Notes under the pieces: model-generated | Seen by the model: the letters and a program-made list of their open reading frames with translations, nothing else | Database searches by the model: none | What the model was told of the DNA's origin: nothing | Source of the DNA: Histomonas meleagridis 2922-C6/04-290x | Taxonomy: Eukaryota; Protista; Parabasalia | DNA length: 64,000 bases | NCBI GenBank assembly: GCA_020184695.1 | Contig: JAANOX010000078.1 | Coordinates: forward strand, 1 to 64,000 | Reading direction: 5' to 3' | Shown: piece by piece, positions 10,904-22,444 of the stretch | Layout: every line of letters begins with the position of its first letter | How positions within the stretch are numbered: the stretch's first letter is position 1 | Position numbers and translations under genes: made by a program

Positions 10904-13900
10904 ATGCTTTTCCTTTTTTCTTTCGTCTTGTCATTTGGAAAAGAAAACAATCCTGAATTTTTTGTTACGGAAGATGGCCTTTACGAGTATTGTATTAATG
11001 AGTTTACAAACAGCATAAATCTTACTAATATTCTTAAAGATGCTGAAAATTTGGTTATTCCATCAACAATCCAACATGATAACAAAGAATATATTGTTAC
11101 TTATTTGGTACTTCATGGAAATCTTACTGGTAATCTTACCGGTTCTCTCACTATTCCAGACAATGTAACTTTTATTGGAGATGACTATTTTAAAGGACAA
11201 GGTATTTCTTCTCTTAGATTAGGTTCCGGTTTGTCAATTATTGGTTCATCAACATTTTCATCAATTCAATTTACGGAATCAATTACATTTCCAGCCTCCT
11301 TAACAGAAATTGGTGAAAAGTGTTTTATGTATTCAAATATTCCTTTAATAATATTTCCAGAAGAATCATTTTTACAAAAAATTGGGGCACATGCTTTTGA
11401 TTCCACACAGATTGGTGGAACATTTAAATTTCCTTCGAATTTACAACTTGTTGATGAATATTGTTTTTATAATTCATCTATTGCATCAATTTCTTTTGAA
11501 AAACCATCACATGAAACTTATTTACAAATAGGTGATTATGCTTTTACTTATTCTTTACTAAGTTGTGAAATTAAATTTCCTTCTTCATTGCAGCATATTG
11601 GTAAATATTGTTTTGATAATTTGTCAATTTATTCGATTTCTTTTGAAAATTCATTTGAAAATTCGAAATTATTTTTAGAAAAAAATGCATTTTCTAATTG
11701 TTTAAAATTATCTGGTGATGTAGCATTTCCTTCTTCTTTATCATTTATTGGTGGTTATTGCTTTGAAGGAACAAACATTTCTTCAATTTCATTTCCTTCT
11801 GATTCAAAACTTTTTGTAATAAGTGAATTTGCTTTTTGTAAAATTAAATTTACAAAACCAATTCTTTTTCCATCTTCACTGGGACAAATTATAATATATG
11901 GTTTTTATAATACGACAATCCCATCAATAGAATTCCAACCTAATTCTAAACTTTTTTCTATTCAAGATAGTGCATTTGAAAATTCTGTATTTACTGTTGA
12001 TTTTAATATCAATTTTCCTGCTTCTCTACGAACAATAGGGCCTAATTCATTTAAGAATTCCAATATTCGCTCTATCACTTTCCCAAGAGATTCACAATTA
12101 TTTAATATTGAGAACTCTGCTTTTCAAGATTCTAACTTAAGTGGTGAAATTAATTTTCCTGCTTCATTAAGTGAAATCATTAATTTTGCTTTTAGTAATA
12201 TTAAAATTTCTTCTATTAATTTTCCAGAAGATACTAAAATTATAAACATTGGACAATCTGCTTTTGCATATTCAACAATCTCTGGAAATTTAAAGATTCC
12301 TTCGTCACTAAAAGTAATTAATGATTATGCTTTTAGAGGAACATTAATAACTTCAATTGAATTTTCTATTGGTTCAAATTTACAAAATATAGGCAAAGGT
12401 GCATTCATTGAAACAAAATTAACTGGTAGTATTGATTTTCCTCTAAGTATTATTGAAATTTGCGATGAAAGTTTTACTGGATTAAATATTTCTTCCATTT
12501 CTTTTAGTGAAAAGTATTATCTAAAAAGTTCACTTAATTACATAGGGCTTAGTGCTTTCGAAAATTCAGCATTAAGTTGTAGTATTTCTTTTCCATCAAG
12601 TTTAAGTATTATTGATGGTTATTGTTTTGCAAACACAAATATTAAAGAAATTGAATTTCAAACAAATAGTAATTTAATTCTTGCTATAGGATGTTTTTAT
12701 CAATGTAAAAATCTTGTTATCCCTTTTGGTGATATTACTGCTTTAGAAATAAGAGATAAAGCATTTTATGGATGCACAAGTTTAAAATTTATTAATATAT
12801 ATGGAAATGTATTGATTTGTTATCATGCATTTTATGAATGTTCAAATTTAGAAGAAATTAAAATTGCTTCAAATCAAAATAGAATTATAAATGGTGAGGT
12901 ATTTTCAAATTGTGACAATTTAAAAACACTTATAATCGGAAGCTCTTTATATTATTCTGAAAATTTTGTTTGTAATTGTAAAAGTTTAGAAACTTTGAGT
13001 ATTGCTGGAGTAAAAGATATAATCAATTTTTCAATAAGAAATTGTCCAAATCTTAAAGAAGTTACTTTAGATAATGCAACTTATCGTTTTGAATCTGGAT
13101 TTGTTGATTTTTCTTCACTCGAAAAAGTAAAATTCTTAAATTCTAATATCACTTTCCGACAATATTCATTTAGTAATTGTGCTCTTCTTAAGAATATTAT
13201 AATTGACAATAATTCATATATTTATAATATTGAATCTTTTGCATTTTATAAATGTCCTTTATTAGAATTTAATTGTTCTAATGTTTTATCTATGGAGTCA
13301 TATGCATTTCAAGATTCTTGTTATCAAAGTTTCACATTTTTTGTTCCAATTATTCCTTCTTATGTAATTACTGCATCTACATTAAAATATATTAGAATAA
13401 GTTCAAGTGTAACAAAAATTAGTCCTCATTTTATAGAACAATGTCCTAATTTTAAATCATTAGAATTTCTTAATCCTGAATCTAATGAAAATAATTTAAT
13501 TATTGATGATGAAGCATTTTGGAAAATGGATACATTTGAATTAGCTTCAAAACTTCCAGAAAGACTTATTAGTATTGGAAGAGAATCATTTTCGGGGTGC
13601 AGTAAAATCACAGGTTCATTATTTATACCTAAACAATTAATTTCAATTGGTTCGAATGCATTTGCAGGTTGTAATGGATTAAATGGAATTTTAGATTTTA
13701 CAAACTGTGTTAATTTACGAAATATTTCTTCATATGCATTTCTTGGATGTTCTTCTTTAAGTGGTTCATTAGTTTTACCAAAATCTTTAATAGAAATTGG
13801 CGCATATGCATTTTCTAATTGTAATTTTGCAGGTCCTTTAATTATACCTAATAATGTACGTATAATTAATCAATATGCATTTGCATTATGTTCATCATTT

Positions 13901-14968
13901 ACAGGTTCTTTAATTATAGGTAATAATGTTGAATATATTGGTGCATATGCATTTTCTGAATGTAGTGGATTTAATGGTCAGCTTGAAATTCATACTAAAA
14001 TCCTTAAAGAAATAGGTAACAATGCATTTTTCTCATGTTCATCCTTAAAAGGTACATTAAATTTACCAAATACTTTGATGTCGATTGGTGATTTCGCATT
14101 CTTTAATTGTCAAGGATTAGATAATAAATTAATTTTACCTGAATCATTAATATATATTGGTGATTCAGCATTTGCATATTGTATTGGATTGACACAAGTA
14201 TTGCAATTACCTAAGAGTATTTCATATATTGGTAGAAATGCATTTTTACAATGTAAAGGATTTACTAAAATATATTTTAATAAAGAAACATCTAAAAACG
14301 AATCAATTATCGTTGGTGATAAAGCATTTGGTAATTTAGCAATAAAATGTTTATCAAATGTACCAGAAACTTGTAAAGGTAATACATCTGATAATAGATG
14401 TTATGATTCAACAGGATTTAATATTATTCAAAAAGGCAATTCAAATGTTGCCGAAAGTTGTGAACTTAAAACTACAATAGAAGTTATTATTTGGTTATCA
14501 ACATTAATTGTTGGCACAGGTATTTTAGGAGTTATTTGGACATTTATTAAGGAATGGTTTGAAAATATATATACTGTTTCGAGACATATTTCAGCATTAT
14601 TTGCAACAATTCTTACAGGATCAAAAGAAAAATTTGAAAAAGATGAAAATGAAAATGAAACAATACAATTGACAATATCTAAAATACAAAAATATATTAA
14701 AAAAGAAGTTAATAATCCAATGTTTAACTTAAGTGAGAAAAAAATGAAATCTTTACTTAAGTCATCATTCAATAAAGTTTGGCAATCTGTTCCATATGAT
14801 ATAGAAACAAATGTTATGAACAATTGTTTCAATGGAATTGATTTTGTATCAATCGAACAAAGAAATAAAAATCTTAGAAGAGAGAAAAGATGTTCATGTC
14901 TAAAAAGAATATTAAAAAGAAAACCCAAAGAAAAAAATACAAGTGAAAGTGTAATATCACTTATATAA
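10904..14968 (+). CDS. BspA-like (TpLRR/LRR_5) surface protein with signal peptide, TM helix and cytoplasmic tail
   Basis: Many LxxIGxxAFxxC and IxFPxSL repeats. Hydrophobic N-terminus from ATG 10904 (the ORF track starts at a TTG). TM segment VIIWLSTLIVGTGILGVIWTFI. Confidence 0.9.
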   Translation: MLFLFSFVLSFGKENNPEFFVTEDGLYEYCINEFTNSINLTNILKDAENLVIPSTIQHDNKEYIVTYLVLHGNLTGNLTGSLTIPDNVTFIGDDYFKGQGISSLRLGSGLSIIGSSTFSSIQFTESITFPASLTEIGEKCFMYSNIPLIIFPEESFLQKIGAHAFDSTQIGGTFKFPSNLQLVDEYCFYNSSIASISFEKPSHETYLQIGDYAFTYSLLSCEIKFPSSLQHIGKYCFDNLSIYSISFENSFENSKLFLEKNAFSNCLKLSGDVAFPSSLSFIGGYCFEGTNISSISFPSDSKLFVISEFAFCKIKFTKPILFPSSLGQIIIYGFYNTTIPSIEFQPNSKLFSIQDSAFENSVFTVDFNINFPASLRTIGPNSFKNSNIRSITFPRDSQLFNIENSAFQDSNLSGEINFPASLSEIINFAFSNIKISSINFPEDTKIINIGQSAFAYSTISGNLKIPSSLKVINDYAFRGTLITSIEFSIGSNLQNIGKGAFIETKLTGSIDFPLSIIEICDESFTGLNISSISFSEKYYLKSSLNYIGLSAFENSALSCSISFPSSLSIIDGYCFANTNIKEIEFQTNSNLILAIGCFYQCKNLVIPFGDITALEIRDKAFYGCTSLKFINIYGNVLICYHAFYECSNLEEIKIASNQNRIINGEVFSNCDNLKTLIIGSSLYYSENFVCNCKSLETLSIAGVKDIINFSIRNCPNLKEVTLDNATYRFESGFVDFSSLEKVKFLNSNITFRQYSFSNCALLKNIIIDNNSYIYNIESFAFYKCPLLEFNCSNVLSMESYAFQDSCYQSFTFFVPIIPSYVITASTLKYIRISSSVTKISPHFIEQCPNFKSLEFLNPESNENNLIIDDEAFWKMDTFELASKLPERLISIGRESFSGCSKITGSLFIPKQLISIGSNAFAGCNGLNGILDFTNCVNLRNISSYAFLGCSSLSGSLVLPKSLIEIGAYAFSNCNFAGPLIIPNNVRIINQYAFALCSSFTGSLIIGNNVEYIGAYAFSECSGFNGQLEIHTKILKEIGNNAFFSCSSLKGTLNLPNTLMSIGDFAFFNCQGLDNKLILPESLIYIGDSAFAYCIGLTQVLQLPKSISYIGRNAFLQCKGFTKIYFNKETSKNESIIVGDKAFGNLAIKCLSNVPETCKGNTSDNRCYDSTGFNIIQKGNSNVAESCELKTTIEVIIWLSTLIVGTGILGVIWTFIKEWFENIYTVSRHISALFATILTGSKEKFEKDENENETIQLTISKIQKYIKKEVNNPMFNLSEKKMKSLLKSSFNKVWQSVPYDIETNVMNNCFNGIDFVSIEQRNKNLRREKRCSCLKRILKRKPKEKNTSESVISLI

Positions 14969-15119
14969 AATACATCGGCCATAATTTTATTCACATAACG
15001 AATATAAATAAAAGAGATAAAGCACATAAAAAAATTTTTAATATTTCATCTAAATAAAATAATAGAAAAATATTATCTAAAAAAAATGTTTCATTTCAAA
15101 TCTAATAAATTATTTATAT

Positions 15120-17786
15120 TTATCTTCGCCTTCTTCTAACGCCAGGCAACGGATTAATTTGCAATATTCCTAATTCATTATCTTCTTGTTCTTCAGGTTC
15201 TCTAAAAGGTTCTATTAAATCGACTGTATTTCTTGTAACAAATCCGCAATCTTCATTTTGTGAATTTAAGTATATTACTATTACACTTATGTTATCTTTT
15301 GACCCAAGTGCAAACGCATAATTTTTTAAAGTTACTGCAGCATCTGCAGCTGTTTGACTTTGCCTTACAATCATTCCAGCCATTTCGTCAGTCACAACAT
15401 CCCATAAACCATCGCAAGCAACAATTAAAGCGAAGTCATCATCATCGACAGTAAATTCGTTCACTTCGGGCTTAACAAATATTCCATCGCCAATCCAAAA
15501 GTCGCCCAAAGCTCTTGCGACAGCGAGTTTTCTATTAATTCTTCCTTCGTTGTTAATCATTAATCCGCAATCTCTAAGTCTTTGATATTCAGATCTAATT
15601 AAAGGCTTTGAATCGACTGTCATTCTATGTACGGAATTCTTTCTGACTCTAACAACTCTTGAATCACCTACGCCAATAATATAACAATGTTTGTCTCTAA
15701 ATAAAACGCCAGCAGTTGTACATCCATCAGTAACTTTAATTAATTTTAATTTATCATTAATACGCTTAAAACAATCAGAGAATTCTTTTGCTATTGAATC
15801 ATCATCAAATTTAATTACTGATTCCATTTCTCTGACAAGACAATTTGATGCTATTGCAGATGATACATTACCTGAATGCCCATCGAATATAGCAAATATA
15901 GAATGCCTATTATCATATGATTTTATTGCTACTGAATCTTCCATTGTAGGTCTTTCACCCATTGTAGCTGAATAACCAACGCCATACATTCTATTAGCAC
16001 TTGAAAGAAAATCAGACAATATATGAAATCGTAATGGCGGCGGCTTTAATGCTGGACCTGACTCATTTCCTAAGAATTCGAACACCTTTAAATTTTGTAA
16101 TGAACATAATGATCCAAGTATATCTATTAACTTTTGATTAAATTTATTATGACTTAAACATAAGAATTGCACATTAGGAAACAACTTTAAATCAATTTCT
16201 GTAATTAAATTATATCCCAAATTAATTGATTTTGCTTCTGGTAAATCACATTTAAATTTCGTAAGTCGATTAAATGAAAAATCTACAAGTGTAAGTGTTT
16301 TTGGCAATATTAAATCATCAGGTATATCTTGTAATGCATTATGACTCATTGAGAAAAATTTAAGTGATCTTAAATGACCAATTAACTTTGGTACTGATTG
16401 AAAATAATTATTACTTAAATCAAGTGACTTTAGAAAGAAGAAAGAACTCATTGAATTAGGTAATACTGTAAGTTTATTACCTGAAAGAACAAGTGACTTA
16501 AGTTGACAAAATGAAAATATACATCGTGGTACAGATTTAAATAAATTACCTGCTGCAAAAATAAAAAGAGTTTTTCGACAATTAGAAAGTGAATGTGGAA
16601 GATCTTCAAGTTGATTAAAAGATACATTTAATTCAGTTAAAAAATTACATTCCGCAAAACAATCGGGAAGCTCCCTAAGATTATTCATGGAAACATTTAA
16701 AATTCGTAATTGTGGGAAATTAAACGTTTCAATTCTTTCTAAGCGATTACTTGAAACAGAAAAATTATCAATACGAATAGCATTGTTAAGTAAAGAGTTA
16801 GGAAGAGAAGTTAACTTATTACAATCAAGAAATATCTTATTAAGTTTAAGAGATGGAGGAAAACAATCAGGAAGCTCTGATATTGAGTTATACGAAAGAT
16901 TAATTAATGAAACAGATTTAAGTGAAGAAACAAATTTCTCCGAAATTGCACTGATTTGATTATGTGAAAGATCAAGTGCAAGAAGTCTGTCAGGAAGTGC
17001 AAAGTCTAAAACACCTGAAATTTGGGATTTAGCTAATGAAAGAGATCGCAAACAATCAATTTCCATGACTTTAAGTGGAAAAGTTGTAAAGTGATTACTA
17101 TTTAAGTTGAGTGACTGTGCCTTTAAATTGAACGATTTTTTCCATTTATGGAATTCGTTATAGTAAAGATTGAAAACTTTGAACTCTTGTGGTAATTCAA
17201 GATTGATGGAATTTAATTTATTTCCAAATAATGATAGTTCTTCAAGTGAAGGAAACTCTCGCAACACTGTTGGAAGGTTGGTAAGATTGTTCCCATCAAG
17301 ATGTAAAGATTTAAGGGAATTAACAAAAGATGGAATTTCACTTGGAAGATCAAAAAGAGAGCAATGAGTAGCCTTCAATGTCGTAAGGAAAGGTAAGTTT
17401 TGGCACCAAATTGACGAGATCTCGAAATGGGGATTATAAGAAACATTAAGAGTTGTAAGTGAAATTGGTAATGAGCAGGTTAAATTTTTTAAAATGTTGG
17501 CTGTTAGGTCAAGCGATGTTAGTCTTATAAAAGGAGAAAAAATATGTTTAGGAAAATCTTGAATATGATTTTCAATTAAGTCAAGTATTGTAACGTTTGT
17601 GTATTTATTAAGACCGTGGGGTAGGCTTTGGAGCTGACAATTAATAAACCTAGCTTTGGTAATTTTTGGTATCAAATCTTGTTTTACTGGTATCACCTTG
17701 ACATCCTTTGCATATACATCGAATGAGGTTAGCTGCATATTTTCAAAATAATCATCAGGAAGGCTATCAAGAAAGACAATGTTCAT
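15120..17786 (-). CDS. Leucine-rich-repeat protein with C-terminal PP2C phosphatase domain
   Basis: LxxLxLxxNxL repeats followed by PP2C motifs RPTMED, FDGHSG, VGDSR, ACDGLWDV and GSKDNISV. Confidence 0.92.
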   Translation of the reverse strand: MNIVFLDSLPDDYFENMQLTSFDVYAKDVKVIPVKQDLIPKITKARFINCQLQSLPHGLNKYTNVTILDLIENHIQDFPKHIFSPFIRLTSLDLTANILKNLTCSLPISLTTLNVSYNPHFEISSIWCQNLPFLTTLKATHCSLFDLPSEIPSFVNSLKSLHLDGNNLTNLPTVLREFPSLEELSLFGNKLNSINLELPQEFKVFNLYYNEFHKWKKSFNLKAQSLNLNSNHFTTFPLKVMEIDCLRSLSLAKSQISGVLDFALPDRLLALDLSHNQISAISEKFVSSLKSVSLINLSYNSISELPDCFPPSLKLNKIFLDCNKLTSLPNSLLNNAIRIDNFSVSSNRLERIETFNFPQLRILNVSMNNLRELPDCFAECNFLTELNVSFNQLEDLPHSLSNCRKTLFIFAAGNLFKSVPRCIFSFCQLKSLVLSGNKLTVLPNSMSSFFFLKSLDLSNNYFQSVPKLIGHLRSLKFFSMSHNALQDIPDDLILPKTLTLVDFSFNRLTKFKCDLPEAKSINLGYNLITEIDLKLFPNVQFLCLSHNKFNQKLIDILGSLCSLQNLKVFEFLGNESGPALKPPPLRFHILSDFLSSANRMYGVGYSATMGERPTMEDSVAIKSYDNRHSIFAIFDGHSGNVSSAIASNCLVREMESVIKFDDDSIAKEFSDCFKRINDKLKLIKVTDGCTTAGVLFRDKHCYIIGVGDSRVVRVRKNSVHRMTVDSKPLIRSEYQRLRDCGLMINNEGRINRKLAVARALGDFWIGDGIFVKPEVNEFTVDDDDFALIVACDGLWDVVTDEMAGMIVRQSQTAADAAVTLKNYAFALGSKDNISVIVIYLNSQNEDCGFVTRNTVDLIEPFREPEEQEDNELGILQINPLPGVRRRRR

Positions 17787-19038
17787 GAAGATGCCAAGGA
17801 GCTATGCGGTATTTCGAATAGTTTATTTGAAATTTTGAGTTGCCTTTTTCTAGGAAAAATAACGCTTTCAATTTTGTGAATGGGTACAGTCGCCAAAAAT
17901 AATCGTGCACAATTACAATTACACCAAATTTTTATATTAGGAGCGATCTAATAGTGTTTTTTTATTCGTTGTTTAGGTTAAATGTAAATAATATTAAAAT
18001 TTCAACATTATTTCCTATTATTAAATAGATGCAATCTTCTAAAAAAGTTAACCATAGTTAAACCAACATAATTATTTTCTAGCATAGAGATTGTCATGCC
18101 GGTAATGCAATTGGAATGGTTATTACGACTCGCTTGAAATTAAAAACGTAAGGCACACAAAAATAAACGTTTATTTTGGTTCTCTGAAAAAAATTGCAGC
18201 CACAATGAAGCTTCATACTCATTTTAAATATAATGATTTACTAACAACGCCAACATAACTTTTTAAATATTATATACATCAAAATTTAAAATGAATCTTT
18301 ATGTTGAAATTTTACCCTTGGATATAGCACTGTAATTTGTGTTCATATCTGGCTTCGAGGATTTGGTTTTAAGTCAAATGTGATTGCATCAGCTTTGTCA
18401 CTTTCGATACATGAAGGATATGGTTTCAGTCAATCTCCCATCCCGACCGAAGAGAAAAATATTGACTTTTGTCAAGGTCTTCAATGTACTCGATTTTCTG
18501 GTTTGCAAATTAGAAAGAAGTGATCAGATTTTGTCCTTTATCATACTATTTGCACATTTACATTCCTGCTGATGTGATGTGACGGTTCGAAAATTGAATA
18601 GAAAACGTTTTTTTGTTCACAGAAATCTATGTTAACATTCAATTTCCCCATCGGCTAGACTAAGTATTGGAAGGACTGTATAACAATCTTTAAAAAAAAA
18701 TACGAACATATTCTGATTGAAATTTCTTTGATTTTTTTAATTCACATTTTTGGTAATATATATCAAAATATAATACCTAAGCACTAAACCTAAACGAATT
18801 CGTTAGTTTTTTCACTTTTGCATAAGTGTTCCACCGTCAGCATTGAAATTTGGGTTGGGTTTACCATTTGGCAAATTTGGTGCTGATCGCAATTGGAAAT
18901 TCAATTTGATGGATTTTGATAGCCGGTTTTTGAATTGGATTAACGGTATTACGGTCAAATTTTGTGAATTAAACGAAATGCTTTTCAACAGTGACAACGG
19001 TTGTACCGCACAATTGAAATAAAAGTAACATAATAACA

Positions 19039-19551
19039 ATGGTTGCCTGCAACTTTGCTTTTGTCATTCAAATCATATCAATCATAGCAAGTATTTTAGG
19101 TATTGTTTGCGGAATTTACAATATCTTCGATCATTTTACAGTTGGTGGACTTATCTTAAGTATATTTACAATCATATTCTGCTTAATGCTTATTTTAGTT
19201 GAAGTCCATATCTTCAAATTTTTCATGTATTTTGCATTCATCATCACCTTCTGGGGAAAGGGAATTATGTACTTATTTATGGGATTTTTCATATTTTCAA
19301 AAAGTTCAACATTTGCAATCGTTGTTGCAGTAATCTTCTGGTGCTTGTTCGTTCTTTGTGTTATTTCGTTCTTCTTTGCAAAAGGTTCATCAGCCCCTCT
19401 TCTCCAAAAAGGTGAACCACCATCATTTGACTTATCATCCGCAGATTTTTATGGAGGAGAAAGTGGTGGCAAAAAAGAATCCAAGAAATCAAAGAGTGGA
19501 GTCGAAGATAACAAGGATTCTGATTATTATAAAGAAGATCCAGAAAATTAA
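19039..19551 (+). CDS. COPI-associated / Tvp15-like Golgi multipass membrane protein
   Basis: Three to four TM helices, FxFLxxxWGKGxxYLFxG-like motif (TFWGKGIMYLFMG), charged C-terminal tail. Confidence 0.75.
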   Translation: MVACNFAFVIQIISIIASILGIVCGIYNIFDHFTVGGLILSIFTIIFCLMLILVEVHIFKFFMYFAFIITFWGKGIMYLFMGFFIFSKSSTFAIVVAVIFWCLFVLCVISFFFAKGSSAPLLQKGEPPSFDLSSADFYGGESGGKKESKKSKSGVEDNKDSDYYKEDPEN

Positions 19552-19947
19552 TCATCAATAAAACCATTTTTCATCTTTCCTGAAGTATTGTTGAAAGTCT
19601 AAACCTTAGTGAATAACTACATTTAAGTCTTTTTGATTTTTTAAAAAATTGGATACATCACTAGGTTTCCAAACTCTCTTTATATTTTTGACATTATTTA
19701 TCGCTTAATTTTTTGTAATTATTTCTGAATTAATATATTTTTTGCAGGAAGGAAAATGATTTGATTTACTTGATCAATTCATGGACTTGATATTTTCTAT
19801 GAGATTTATCAAAATATTCCCTTAACGTGCTAATTTTTGACCGTTTAAAATCTGGTTGCAAGGCAAATAGATAAATCTATCGTTACATATTTTGTAAAAT
19901 TTACAATTTGTAAATCTAAAAAAAAAAAAATTACAATTTTTTAATAA

Positions 19948-20682
19948 TTATATATAATTTAATTGCTTTTTGAGTCTAATATTTTCTTGTGTTTCTTCTT
20001 TAATTTTAACTTTTAATTCATTTAAATCTTTCTTTTTAGAATCAATAACCAAAAACAAACCTTTTGCATGGTTTTGATCTTTGGATAACTTTTCATCTTC
20101 CTCTTTTTTAAGTAAATCATATTGCCTTTGAAGATTTTCAATTTCTTTTTGTAAATATTTAATATCATTTTTCCTGCTTTGGATTAAAGATCTCAGTTTT
20201 TGTTCCTTTGTATTCACGCTTGATGTAGGTGAAAATGTGGTGCTTTCGTTTTCTTCTTTATTTAGCGTTGGTGGAGGAGAATTTAAAGTCATTTTAAAGA
20301 CTTTTATTTGTGTTTGTAGATTTTCGTTTTGCTTTTGGAGAATGGAATGATAGGACAAGAACTGAAACATTGAAAAGAAAAGTTCTGGATGCACTTTGTT
20401 ACTTTGAATTTCATCCTTTAAATCCGAAAATTCTCTTGGTAATAAAGATAATAAAATTTTCTGCTGGGTTTTCGAATCAGGCATTTCTTTGAAAGTAGTG
20501 TTGTTTTGTTTCTTTAAGATATTTAACATTTTGTTTTCTTTAATCTTTTTTGGCATTGAACTTATTAGAGTAGCTATTTCTTTTTCTTGCTTTGATTTCT
20601 CAAGTGAATATAAAAGGAAGTATCTGAGTTCTCTTTCTTTTTGATATCTATTTAAAAAGGCTTGAATTTTTGTGTTTTCCAT
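19948..20682 (-). CDS. Coiled-coil hypothetical protein
   Basis: 244-aa ATG-initiated ORF with K/E/Q-rich heptads. Confidence 0.7.
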   Translation of the reverse strand: MENTKIQAFLNRYQKERELRYFLLYSLEKSKQEKEIATLISSMPKKIKENKMLNILKKQNNTTFKEMPDSKTQQKILLSLLPREFSDLKDEIQSNKVHPELFFSMFQFLSYHSILQKQNENLQTQIKVFKMTLNSPPPTLNKEENESTTFSPTSSVNTKEQKLRSLIQSRKNDIKYLQKEIENLQRQYDLLKKEEDEKLSKDQNHAKGLFLVIDSKKKDLNELKVKIKEETQENIRLKKQLNYI

Positions 20683-20686
20683 TTTT

Positions 20687-21775
20687 ATGTACGTTTACAT
20701 TAATTTTTTTTTTTCTAAATTAAGTTTGCAAACAAAAAAACTTCCAGAATTTGCTATAGCCCTTAAGAACAGGGTTAATGAAAGAAATTCAAGTAAGAAA
20801 GTGTTTAATGGTGAAAACTGGAATCAATTGCCCTCAAATATATCACCTATCAAACCACAATCATTTTTTCAAAAACAAGGTAATACATCACCTAAAGAAT
20901 TACAATCCATGAATGAAATGTTTGATGAAAGTTCTCATATTTCTCAGATTGAACAAAAAAATGAAGAAATATCTGATTTAAGGTTCATTAAAAACCTTAA
21001 AGAAAGCATCAAAGGATTAAAAAAAGAAAACCTGATTTTAGAGACCCGAAGTGACTCTGAAATAACTCAATTAAGAATAAAATTGAAAGAACAAAAGGCA
21101 AAAAATGCAAATCTTAAACAAGAAATTGAAAACTCGCATAACAAAATCAAAGAACTTCAAGAGCTGCTTTCATCAAAAGAAAAAATAATTAAAAAAATGA
21201 AAGATGAAATTAATTATCTATTAGAAGATTATCAAAAAATTGTAGACACCATGAAAATCCAATCAAAAAAATATTTACAGGCACAGTCAAAAGTTGCTGA
21301 GCTTGAAACAGAACTTCAAGAACAATACAAAAGAATTGTTGAATTAAGGAACGTATCTACTTACTATCGTGCCAAGGCAGATGAAAACCTTCACATCAGA
21401 AAGCAAAATTCCAATTCTATAAACGAAAGTCATTCACCAAAAATTAATTACTTCCACAAAAATAATCAGCAAAAAGAAAACCCTAGAAAAAACGAAATAC
21501 CATCTGCTATGAAAGATAACATTGTATTTGGACAAGTTCAAGCAATTCCAATGAATAATATCAAAGCAATGAGTAATGATGAACTTACAGAAGAAATAGA
21601 AAATTTAACGTCAATTGCTGAGTCAAAAGAGTGGAAGTTAAGAAGAATTTATATAAGGAAAGGAAACATTTATCAAATAAATCAAGAAAAAGAAAAGCTT
21701 GAAGACGAAATTGATGAACTCACGAGAAAGATTTCAAAATTAAAACTTGAGTATAAGCAAAGAGGTCTTTCATAA
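20687..21775 (+). CDS. Coiled-coil hypothetical protein; start uncertain (ATG 20687 or a later ATG)
   Basis: Long open frame with heptad-rich composition. Confidence 0.7.
   Translation: MYVYINFFFSKLSLQTKKLPEFAIALKNRVNERNSSKKVFNGENWNQLPSNISPIKPQSFFQKQGNTSPKELQSMNEMFDESSHISQIEQKNEEISDLRFIKNLKESIKGLKKENLILETRSDSEITQLRIKLKEQKAKNANLKQEIENSHNKIKELQELLSSKEKIIKKMKDEINYLLEDYQKIVDTMKIQSKKYLQAQSKVAELETELQEQYKRIVELRNVSTYYRAKADENLHIRKQNSNSINESHSPKINYFHKNNQQKENPRKNEIPSAMKDNIVFGQVQAIPMNNIKAMSNDELTEEIENLTSIAESKEWKLRRIYIRKGNIYQINQEKEKLEDEIDELTRKISKLKLEYKQRGLS
20689..20724 (+). other. Candidate short spliceosomal intron (36 nt)
   Basis: GTACGT...TCTAAATTAAG, i.e. a CTAA branch motif close to the AG as in parabasalid introns. 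Confidence 0.35.
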
Positions 21776-21786
21776 AGTAATTTAGA

Positions 21787-21826
21787 GTATGTGTAAATAA
21801 AAGAAATATATTTTTACTAATTTTAG
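21787..21826 (+). other. Candidate short spliceosomal intron (40 nt) in a 3' UTR
   Basis: GTATGT...ACTAATTTTAG, starting 11 nt after the stop at 21775. Confidence 0.45.
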
Positions 21827-21836
21827 GTTTGATTTT

Positions 21837-22151
21837 TTATAAATGGGCATACTCATCTTTTGAACGCCTATTGCATATTCTAACAGCTACATCTATAATA
21901 ATTGATGCACCAAGAATTGAAAATCCAATTGCATATCTAACAGAATCCTTTGCATCACCACCAAGTTCTTCTATACAACGCTTTGTTCTTGTTGCTTCTT
22001 TGTTTTTACATTCGAATGTAGTATTTGTAGTATAGCAACTTGAATCATCTAAACAAAAGAAACACCCAGTATCTTCAAGGCAACGCAAGCAATTTGTTGT
22101 TCCTGTGATACAAGTAGCCTCAAGAATTGATGAAAGAATGTATAAGAACAT
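21837..22151 (-). CDS. Small PSI-domain type-I membrane protein (PTTG1IP-like) with C-terminal YxxPhi motif
   Basis: Signal peptide, CxxCxxxxxCxxC...C pattern, TM helix, ends DEYAHL. ATG at 22151. Confidence 0.7.
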   Translation of the reverse strand: MFLYILSSILEATCITGTTNCLRCLEDTGCFFCLDDSSCYTTNTTFECKNKEATRTKRCIEELGGDAKDSVRYAIGFSILGASIIIDVAVRICNRRSKDEYAHL

Positions 22152-22444
22152 TTGTGCCACTTTTTGATACTTTCATCGTTTTGCGTAAAGCTTTGAAAAT
22201 TGGTCACTTAAGTGACCTACACGTGTAGGTTTCGGAAGCTTTGTCTTACCTAAATAATTATATAATCTTAAGAAAGGAAAATTCTAAGTTTTAAGCGGAA
22301 CCAATATTTTACTAATTTTCATTTTAAACAATTTTTTTGTTCTACCCATTTAAAATCTACTACATATGAATCATTGTTGAAATCCTTAGTAAGTGGTAAA
22401 ACCTAAAAAAGTTATTGTTGGATATTTTACTGAACTAGATATAT

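Noticed and set aside
18330-19039. Short ORFs 18384-18572 and 18812-19039
   Set aside because: No ATG-led coherent product; likely intergenic sequence or a relic.
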